Positions 38,501 through 47,286 of a stretch of DNA of 64,000 nt are shown piece by piece (within the stretch, counting starts at the first letter, position 1; each line of letters starts with the position of its first letter). Under the pieces are notes generated by a model. The model saw only the letters and a list, made by a program, of their open reading frames with translations, was not told the DNA's origin and ran no database searches. The DNA lies in assembly GCA_964035545.1 (NCBI GenBank), contig OZ037767.1, positions 8,752,581 to 8,816,580 on the forward strand, given 5' to 3'. The position numbers and the translations under genes were made by a program. Origin of the DNA: Bugula neritina. Its lineage: Eukaryota > Animalia > Bryozoa.

Positions 38501-41500
38501 ATTATTTGATTTATTACAACAATCTTGATGTATTACCATTTTTAGAGGCAGTTGAAAAACAACACATGGTTTATCGAGAAAAAGGCATTGATATGTTCAA
38601 GGATGGAATTAGTGTTCCATCTTTAGCTACTAAATGGTTATTTAATGAATTAAATACTAAAAACTTTTTTATTCCGTTGATTGGCAGAAAAGATGCAGAC
38701 TTGTATAAAACTATACGGAATAATATTATTGGGGGTCCAAGTATTGTTTTCCACAGATATCATGAAGCTGACAAAACTTTTATTCGTAAAAATTCATTTG
38801 ATAGTAAATCAAAAGTTTGTAAAAATGTGTTTGGCTTTGATGCCAATGCTTTGTATTTGTATTGTGCTATGCAAGAACTTCCAACAGGTTCAATCATTAG
38901 GAGACGTAAAGAAAATAACTTTCGTCCAAAGTTTTGTGACTATTTTGGGAGACTGAGTGTTGAATGGTTAGAGTACTGCTCCTACTTGAATGGTGTGTTT
39001 ATTCAACATAAATATAATAAGGGTGAACAAAAAGTTGGGCAACACGGGCTCCCAGTAGATGGTTATTGCAAGCAATTGAAAACAGTTTTTCAGTTTCATG
39101 GTTGTTTATTTCATGGACATAAGTGTGTAAAAACAAAAGGGGTAGTATTTAATCCAATTAACGGAAAATCCAATATTTGTAATTCCTTCTAAAAATTTAA
39201 TTGGAAATGGAACTTGAATTTGTTCGTACAATGTCTGCCAAACACTGTAATTAATAATGCATTCTTCAACATTTGGGAATATAAGACTGTTGCTGTTTTC
39301 CAAAATCTTTTTCATCAGAACACTTTTTCCGGATCCAGTAGGACCTGTATCAACAATTATGTTTTCCAACTTGGTTTCATTTCACTTTACTGCAGTTGAA
39401 TAAAATAGTTGAGCTAAAAATTGTTTATACAAACTTTAGGTAATTGCAAAATAAAGCTTAACTACATTCTGTATAAGACTTGACTGCGATAAATCATTAT
39501 TTGTGTCCGCTTTATTTTTCTTTTCCGCTTTATTGACACGCAATCAAAAAATAATCTTAGTAAAAGCTAATTCCATTTACACTTTTAGTTTATCAATCTC
39601 CTGTGAATCTATTTTAATTTTTGTAATACCACAATTTTATAATACATTAGCAACATTTATACTTCATCATTTTAGATTTAATTTTCTTAAGACGGTTTTA
39701 ATCCGCTTAAACCAATTATATAGGAAGCATTTGTAATTAAATCAATCTAATCAATTTATTCCATCCATGACTTGACAAAAAATAATGGGGAAATTGCTAG
39801 GAAGTGAGTTGGTTTAGTAATTAATGTTTACCGTTAATAATTCCTGTGAATGGCGAATGAAGGGAAATGTCTATTTCTTTATTCTCCATTTATTTATATT
39901 GTAGAATTTCTTTCAAGTAATGTAATATTATCGGTTGAGAATAATATTTTTTGTAAATTTTTAATTGATTCAACTGCTTTACTTTCTTCAGAAACTGAGT
40001 TATAAACAGTTAGAGTAATTAGAGCTGTCGTTAAGCAAAAAATTATAGCTAGCAATGATTTTTGATGACGGAAAATTTGTTCCATCAAGCTGAGATGTTG
40101 CATGGTTGGTATGCTATATTCAAATGAATCCAGAAAATCAAAACCTTTAATTTTTATGAAAATTGAAGATGAAATTATAAAACATACTTTGTCAACTCAC
40201 ATCAACATTCTATTTTATTATGTTATTCACAGTGATAGAATGAGAAACGTAAATACTAGAGTATAAAAGTAAATAATAATTTTTAAATGTATGCATTGCC
40301 TTTAAACAAATTATTATACTTGTATATAAAATTGTTCTTCTTCCTTGACAATATTATTAAGAGAGGATAATAGTGTTTTTTGTAGAAACAATCTTCGACT
40401 TCTTGTTATCCAAAACATTTTGTTACATTTCCTATTGTCTCTATTTAAATGATTATACCTTTCCATATACAATTGTATTTTCTTCCAAGAAACATTATTT
40501 AATGCATCCTTGAAATACTTTTCAGTAAAGTTTTTTGCCCAACCATTGTCTAAAAGCTGAGTTTCATTCCATATGTGTAAGCATGTATGAGCAAATATTC
40601 TGTTTGGGTTAAGACAAGCTTCACATGAATAATAAGCAAGCTTTTTGGTTTCAATCCATATTTGATTGCATATCTGGTAAAGTAGCACTTTATTGTAAAT
40701 TGCTTTATGAAATGTTGACGATGGAATATCATTCTGTAATAATTTGTCCATTAGTAAACTGTGGTATCCAATAATTACAACAACTGTCACAAAACTCCTT
40801 TTCTGCAAAACAAGAATGACAAATGAACTGATAAGCTTGAATGATTTAGCAAAATAATGTAGTTAACTCTTGAATTCATGGTTGAAAAAGCTTTGGTTTC
40901 ATTGGTTATAAAAAGCTCATGATTGTCTATAATGAAGGAATTTTGTGGAAGGCAAAGTTAACACTTGAAATATTTCCTGTCTTCATTTTAATTAATCATC
41001 TTAGAAGAAATATATAAAAGCATGTAAATACTCAAATTATTCAAACACATCCATGCATGGACAAGCTACTATAGGGTTCTGCAAAAGAAAGTTTTCACAA
41101 TGCATGCATAATATTATTATAATATGCATTATGTAACTTCAAACAATAACAATCATAATAATAATAATAATCATACCATCGACCTAGTGAAACTAGGTTG
41201 TGGTTATAAAAGGTTACACCAGCTAAAAAGCTGTGATACAACCAATAATAATAATAATAATTAATAACAACACTTTCACAAGACTCCAATTATTTGCACT
41301 ATATGTCTAGTTGAATACTTCTTTACAAACAAATGTTCAAAATATTTATTACAAAATTACAAAACCTATCTTATACCAACGAATACTTTCACTTTGCAAT
41401 CCAATTATATATCACCATACTTTGAATATTATTCAATGCATTTAGTATAATATAATATTTCGAATGTATATGATCATTGTTTGTCCAAAAAATAATGTGA

Positions 41501-44500
41501 ATAAAGCTTTTACATATAGCTTACCTAATAAGATATCTGTTTATACGTAATGTACAAACATATTATCATCATTAATATTCCAAGCAAATGTAAAATAAAC
41601 AAATACTTGCTCTTACATGAACTATCAATATGTTGCTGACATATCTCAATCAAAGTTTCAATTTTCTTTATATCATGCTGAACAAGCAATGAATCTGATA
41701 ACTGAACAATGATGCACATTATTTTAAAATACTTGTTTTCTCTTGAAACATTTGAAATGCTGAGCATATATTTAATAAATGTGTTGATGTTTTGAGGAAA
41801 ATTTGGACATGATATTAAAATGTTTCCAAGATTTTTACACAATTTAACTTCGTTTATGGTTAACATTTTATATTTTTTCTTAAAATGCTTCACATGCTTT
41901 GTTTCCACAAAAAAAGGAGAGCAGCACAACCAATTCTCTGACAACGTAGACCATACAAAATCATGAACTATAGATGAATGAACAAATCTAGTCATTTTGC
42001 TAGCACGGTATGGACTTGAGTATATGTGCTTGTTTTCACATCTACCACAATAATAAAAATAATTTCAAATATCACAACTTTTATTTGGTTCATATTCACT
42101 TTTATATTAACACAGAGTAAAGTAACTGTTCATCTGTTTTAGAGTAATTGGGATATAACACAAAAATGGAGTCCCAAATGCTCCACATATAATTTTGCAT
42201 GAGTAAAAAAACAAAGAAAAAAATTAATGTATAATTAATTACCCCAGCCGTGAGTAAAATGAATTCTCGGTGTGAGTAATGGGGAATATAACACAGGGAT
42301 GGGGTCCCAAATGCTCCACATATAATTTTGCATGAGTAAAAAAAACAAAGAAAAAATTAATGTATAATTATTTACCCCAGCCGTGAGTAAAATTATTTCT
42401 CGGTGTGAGTAATGGGGAATATAACACAGGGATGGGGTCCCAAGTTTTCTACATATAATTTTGCATGAGTAAAAAAATAAAAAAATTAATGTATAATTAA
42501 TTACCCCAGCCGTGAGTAAAATGATTTCTCGGTGTGAGTAATGGGGAATATAACACAGGGATGGGGTCCCAAATGCTCCACATATACTACTTATATAAAT
42601 AAGCAGGTTTGCCATCCTAAGTCGTAGAACCTACTAATCTAGTGCATATACTTTCATTCTGTCATGTCCAGGCTTTTTCTTTATATAAAAGTGTCAGCAG
42701 TTTTTGAGTAACAATCAGAATAATGTAGATTTATGTTGTGTTTGCTTCACGAACATTTTACTGAAAACGTTGCATTCAAGTTGGGTGATATTTTGTCACG
42801 GTTTGTAGTTGTATGGTGAACAGTATACATATGATGATCCTGTGTGTCAAAAACTTCATATTATGAACAAGGCATCAATGAAAGCAGTTAATCCTGTGTC
42901 ACTGGGACACCTATTGGACTGTTTCCCAGTATTGTTTCGGCAAAATGTAATACTGAAGGAAACTATAGCACAGATTAGAAATACCAAAGATTTTATAGAC
43001 AGAGTGTTCTATGAAAAGATCAATGAATACAAGGTACAAATGTAAAAGTTGATAGTATATATTGTATTCCCAGTGAGTAATGTGCTTAATTTATCAAAGT
43101 CCCAGTCTGTTACAATAGTATGCAGGTCTAGAGCTTTTAAAGCTTGCAAAATGTGCCTGTGAAACATTTTAAAATAATATTTATTGCAGAAAAGACAGCA
43201 AAAAGTAATATATCTGTTAATTTAAGCCAAATGTCTCGGGTATTATATACCTGCCAGCTTAAGCCAAGTCAGGGAAGGTAAAACTTGTGGGCCAACAATA
43301 CACTGTATTAGCTAACAGTGATCACTTCTGTATGCTCCTTAGTATTTTATTTCTTTAGAGTTTGCAGCTCTTCCAATTCTTACAGACATTAAGTATCCCG
43401 TGAAAGTTGTTTATATTATAGTCTGGGTTTGACGAGACCGACATGAGAGGAATGTTGGATCAACTCATATTAATTCAAAGACAGGAAAGTGGTGAAGGGA
43501 AACAGGTAATGGATGACGCGGCAATCCGTGGAATACTGTTGAATTTTGTGGTCGGAGGTGAGTAGAACAGCTGTATTGGCATGACTCATGCATCACAATT
43601 GTTAATATGGTAAACTTACAGCTTTTACCATCAGATATAATCTGTAATTATTTTAGGAATGGAGACAAGCCACACAGTCATAAGTCAGGCTTTTCTTGAT
43701 TTCCTCCATGAACCAGATTTACAGAAGAGACTCCAGGATGAGATTGACAGTCAGTTTGATTCAACTCATATCATCACATTGCAAGACAGGTAATGCACAC
43801 ATGTGCATGAAATCGTGCAAACTTTTGCACACTCACTTGCACATTGGGTGATTTGCTATAGTAATGAAGTTTACACCTTTATATCACTCAGCTGAATGTA
43901 GGGGAGCTGTAGTGATGATTTACCCAGTGTCCCCGTGGTGTAATGGTTAGCACACTTGCTTGCAAGCCAGAGGTCTTGGTTCGATTCCCAATGGGGGCAA
44001 TTATTTTTTCAGGGAGTAAATATTAAAGTCTTGTTAGAATCTATATTCTAAGCCATAATAGATTGAGGCAAATTGTACTCTTTACAGTTAGTAAAATTCA
44101 ATTATGACTATTAAATGCTGCAAATTCAACAGTTGCTTCGATTTATTTAACAAAATACTGTGATCAAAAATTTATACCAAAGCTCTATGCTTCTATTAGT
44201 TATGTTTGGGATTAATGTGCTAAATTGGTTTATTAATATATACATATGCTACTCATTTGTAATATTTGCTGTTTATTTATTTTAATAATGAGCATTTCGG
44301 TAGATCCGCTAAAATTTCACCACATGTACCGCACACTGATATTGCTTATTATTATAGGCATAAACTACCATTACTGCAAGCTTACATTCAAGAAAATATA
44401 AGATATAAGACGGTCAACCCGATACTTTTAGCACATGAAACAATCCGAGACACACAAATTGCTGGATACAAAGTAAGTCATTGGTTTTTATTTTCTTCAC

Positions 44501-45989
44501 TATAGCATGGTCTGCCTGTTCTATCTAATGTGACTAATTTGTATACCTGTGTTAATTTGTTATTTTTTTATAAAGCACCATTCAAAACTCATCCAATCAG
44601 CATAGTGTACCAACTGGATATCTCACCATTCTAACAAATTATTGTAGACGTTTTTATAGACATACAATTTTTAATTGTTTTTATAAACACTTAATTTAGA
44701 CATTTTGAAAAAAACTAAAAGAGTCATAAATTTTAGATACGAAATGGAATATTGCACTTAACAAAAGTTGCACAACTATATTTTGAAAACGTGCATTATG
44801 CAATTGAATTTGCAGAATTTTATATAAATTATAATGGTGAGATATTTGGTTGGTACAGTTTGCTGATTGGCTGAGTTTTACATGATTTATTAGTAACCTA
44901 TACTTTGTTAGAGATACTAAAATAGCCTAGAGATCTTACTACAGCATAGCTTTGTTTCATCTAATAATGCACTATTGTCTCAACATAATGCAAGTGTAAA
45001 AAGTTTTGGTTTGGCATAGGTTTAGACAACACAATCATGTAACACACGGACAGTTTATTACGTGTACTTTTTGTTACAGATACCATCAAGAACAACTGTA
45101 CTGATCAATGCCTTCTATACAGCTCATAACCCTTGTGTTTATGATGAACCATTCAAAGTGAAACCAGAGAGATTTCTTGATGAGAATGGGAACCTTGTAC
45201 CACCTGGTCACCCTGCTAGATACAAGTGTGTGCTATAAACATCTTTCTATTACCACTTGTAATTTAGATAACAACTCTTAGAAAAAAATATCCAATCATT
45301 AACCGTTGCATACATTCTGTTGCGTTCGATTTTATACAACATCCGTTCAAAAATGTTTCATATTCTCAACTCCTGATAATATTTAATTTATACTTTGCCT
45401 GTTAAATTATCTCAGCTCCATGTGATTGTGAATGTCAAAGATCAATATGTTATCCTAATTTATTTACTCTCACTGTAGGTGAGTGTTCGAAAGTCTAGCG
45501 TAACATTTGATAACAAGCATAAGCTTAATGTATAGTACACCTGCTGTATATTATACTGCAGTTGCCCAGAGATTGGTTCCCTGCTCATTAGGCTTGATAT
45601 TTCAATAAATGCCTATTAATGGTATAAACCCATATCTTATGTTATCTCTGATGCTCTTTCCATTTACTAAGTTGTTTAATAAACACATTTAGGTTTCGTA
45701 AAAAGTTGATGTTTTAATATTAAACTATACTCATTAATTTGCTAATTCAGGCATGTAATACATGTGGACTTATTTTTCTTTTAGCTCCTTAACATTTGGA
45801 AGTGGCAAAAGAGTTTGTATCGGGAAAAGCTTTGCTGAATCCAGGCTATTTCTATTTTTGGCCAATATTCTGCAAAAGTTTACTTTACAACCTGTTGGGA
45901 AGCTACCTTCACGTGATCTGCACACATATGAGTTGGAGATAGTGTTGAGACCCCCCAGTGTATCAGCCAAGTTTATTAGAAGGCAATAG
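26510..45989 (+). CDS. Cytochrome P450 CYP-2, 503 aa; exons 26510-26587, 27068-27266, 27358-27428, 27961-28164, 42809-43033, 43422-43557, 43657-43789, 44358-44472, 45080-45225, 45785-45989; intron 4 hosts the Polinton
   Basis: PGPTGLPLFGN, GGMETS, ENIR, KPERF, FGSGKRVCIG; exons total 1512 nt, GT-AG junctions, same exon sizes as CYP-3 and CYP-4. Confidence 0.92.
28986..29430. repeat. Subterminal tandem array, about 3.4 units of 129-133 bp (mirrored at about 42142-42586)
   Basis: gggac(c/t)ccat anchor recurs at 29002, 29131, 29264 and 29397. Confidence 0.92.
29577..30047 (+). CDS. Polinton accessory protein, 156 aa, helical with C-terminal TM segment
   Basis: ATG-started ORF of 471 nt in very AT-rich DNA; hydrophobic tail YLFILHLLGILMMIICLYITY. 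Confidence 0.6.
   Translation: MTRFVHSSIVHDFVWSTLSENWLCCSPFFVETKHVKHFKKKYKMLTINEVKLCKNLGNILISCPNFPQNINTFIKYMLSISNVSRENKYFKIMCIIVQLSDSLLVQHDIKKIETLIEICQQHIDSSCKSKYLFILHLLGILMMIICLYITYKQISY
30821..31258 (+). CDS. Polinton accessory protein, 145 aa, with CxxC-x8-HxC zinc-binding motif
   Basis: ATG at 30821; motif CEACLNPNRIFAHTC. Confidence 0.65.
   Translation: MDKLLQNDIPSSTFHKAIYNKVLLYQICNQIWIETKKLAYYSCEACLNPNRIFAHTCLHIWNETQLLDNGWAKNFTEKYFKDALNNVSWKKIQLYMERYNHLNRDNRKCNKMFWITRSRRLFLQKTLLSSLNNIVKEEEQFYIQV
31469..31678 (+). CDS. Small single-TM protein, 69 aa
   Basis: ATG in acc-ATG context; TM segment LLAIIFCLTTALITLTVY; stop lies 4 nt before the ATPase ATG. Confidence 0.55.
   Translation: MQHLSLMEQIFRHQKSLLAIIFCLTTALITLTVYNSVSEESKAVESIKNLQKILFSTDNITLLERNSTI
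31683..32808 (+). CDS. A32/FtsK-HerA-like packaging ATPase, 212 aa, 2 exons (31683-31740, 32228-32808)
   Basis: Spliced N-terminus MENKEIDISLHSPFTGIING|PTGSGKS (Walker A), Walker B LIIIDD, SHHLNISVIILVQNLF, RTISLN; GT-AG phase-1 intron. Confidence 0.9.
32820..33041 (+). CDS. Small protein with N-terminal hydrophobic segment, 73 aa
   Basis: ATG 11 nt after the ATPase stop; FIIIILFLSILPFIL followed by a basic stretch; could be a chance ORF in AT-rich DNA. Confidence 0.35.
   Translation: MTFIIIILFLSILPFILQSFAIFFKYFHTNKKTKKYTFSFTNLLISRIFFLGPPNKSISNYFVESVSSNNIIL
33783..33917 (+). CDS. 44-aa Cys-rich micro-protein (CxxCGxxWDGxAQCxC), absent from the ORF track
   Basis: MSVLDDGLVKCGYCGNIWDGCAQCDCYNIFPEIYNRVEESNQVC*; a G-richer island in AT-rich DNA. 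Confidence 0.6.
   Translation: MSVLDDGLVKCGYCGNIWDGCAQCDCYNIFPEIYNRVEESNQVC
34283..36405 (+). CDS. Six-exon Polinton gene, 353 aa, putative OB-fold ssDNA-binding protein (exons 34283-34435, 35057-35246, 35323-35507, 35656-35746, 35858-36068, 36174-36405)
   Basis: Five GT-AG introns with consistent phases (0,1,0,1,2), 1062 nt in frame. The gene model is well supported; the SSB function is a pattern-based inference. Confidence 0.75.
34448..34970. mobile_element. hAT-type MITE nested in intron 1 of the Polinton 6-exon gene
   Basis: TIR cagggttgggg / ccccaaccctg, 8-bp TSD GTGTTAAC (34440-34447, 34971-34978), subterminal (tgtaat)n arrays. Confidence 0.9.
36406..39170 (+). pseudogene. Protein-primed family B DNA polymerase (pPolB), C-terminally truncated by the right inverted arm
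   Basis: N-terminal C2H2 fingers, DNLCFFRALA...HLCYI protease-like segment, ExoI TFDIEC, ExoII GFNSQKYD, KGFFPY, ExoIII YNNLDV, IIGG, motif A FDANALY, then VDGY..FQFHGCLFHGH; motifs B and C (KxxxNSxYG, DTD) are missing. Confidence 0.92.
39171..42591 (-). repeat. Right arm of the inverted repeat; duplicates the accessory ORFs (41525-41995, 40314-40751, 39894-40103) and a truncated ATPase gene on the minus strand
   Basis: Reverse complement of 28981-32401; identical ORF translations. Confidence 0.95.
43929..43999 (+). pseudogene. tRNA-derived sequence (pseudo-tRNA or SINE head) in CYP-2 intron 7
   Basis: A box TGGTGTAATGG and B box GGTTCGATTCC with acceptor-like pairing gtcccc/gggggc, but an imperfect anticodon arm. 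Confidence 0.6.
44569..44890. mobile_element. Degenerate MITE-like inverted-repeat element in CYP-2 intron 8
   Basis: About 55-bp imperfect inverted repeats (aaaactcatccaatcagca...atatctcaccatt / aatggtgagatat...tgctgattggctgagtttt). Confidence 0.6.
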
Positions 45990-47286
45990 AGCTAATGTGT
46001 GTGACTGCTTTTGTCATGCACAGGTTTAAAGTTTTTGCAAAGCTCTGTTGAGTTATATGATTTGAACTTTTTGAACTAAGGATTTGACTGCTCCGAGTGC
46101 AAAGTGCCAGTGGAAAATTCTATACTCCATCATTGTATTATAATTTAGTAAGACTTACTCATCAAGCTGATTTTACACTATTTATGCATGTTCCTTTGTA
46201 TTCATTAAATGCCCTCGAGCAGGAAAAACCAATCATTTACCCTGTTATATTGAAATTTTAGTTGTTGTGATGTAACCTATATTTATTCAAGGCTGGCAAT
46301 TCAGCTATACTGATTGACATCTAATGACCTTCACTTGAAAATTCAATCCATAAATTATAAGCTGTTATTTATTTGAAACTTTTTGAAATTAAAAACGTCA
46401 AATTTTACAAAGAAAGCTATGCATTTTGAAGTTTTTAATGAGTTCAGTTTGAATTGGGTTTTCAATTGTATAAATATATCTTCTGTAGCAGTTTCTACAA
46501 TTGTCTTAAATAGCACATTGTTTTCACAGTCACATATTTCGCAAAAGTAAATATTATTGCAAGTACTGTTTTCCTTTTAATTAGTTTGCTGGAAATCTCC
46601 AGTTAGTTTAATTATATACAAGAGAAACCTCTAAGATCTGTTAAAATCTAGCTCATTCTGGAGAGTGGTGGCATACTGCTGCAGTGGGAGAATATTTCAG
46701 CTCACGGAATTTACTTGATAACTCTACTTCTAAACTGCTACAAATACTAATCCGTAATATTTTGTTGGCCCTTTTTTGCCCCCCTGCTCCTGTTGCATCA
46801 CCTGAGGATGAAAGTACAGTATCACTGACATTAGTTGTGTATTTCTAAACGAGCTAAAACATAAATGAACTGAGTTTTGTTATATTTTTTACAGTACATG
46901 TTAACAATATCAAGTCTTTCAAGTATAAGTATTATAATTTGGTTATAATATTTACACGCATCAAAGCACTTCTTGGCTTCCCTCATAGAGTAATCAGCAT
47001 ACCCTAGACTTTTATTATGATTTACAGGTCTAGTGCTATCAGATCACTTTAAGGAATCTGGCAGTGCAACAATAAATTATTGTTAATGTAATATCATCTT
47101 CCATAAAAAATGATGCCATGCGTCTATGAAGGCATTTAATGCTCCCTAGGAAAAATGTTATAGCATACGGTTAATATCTATTACTCAGCCAAGCGTGCTA
47201 CAGACTACACTAGTGATAAGATAGCCTTCAACACTTCACTGTTGGGTGGGCAATGCAATAGTTAATACACTCTAGTAACAGTAAAA

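Larger units (their letters stand above)
28981..42591 (+). mobile_element. Polinton/Maverick-like element, non-autonomous, with 3.4 kb terminal inverted repeats
   Basis: Ends AGTAGT...ACTACT, flanked by TATATA on both sides (28975-28980, 42592-42597), consistent with a 6-bp TSD; encodes pPolB and an A32/FtsK-like packaging ATPase. Confidence 0.93.

Noticed and set aside
32402-39170. Integrase, adenain protease or capsid genes in the Polinton
   Set aside because: No ORF or motif recognised; the unique region is taken up by the ATPase end, the SSB-like gene and pPolB.
43929-43999. Functional tRNA gene
   Set aside because: Mismatched anticodon stem with an apparent 6-nt loop; more likely a pseudogene or SINE head. 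tRNAscan-SE would settle it.
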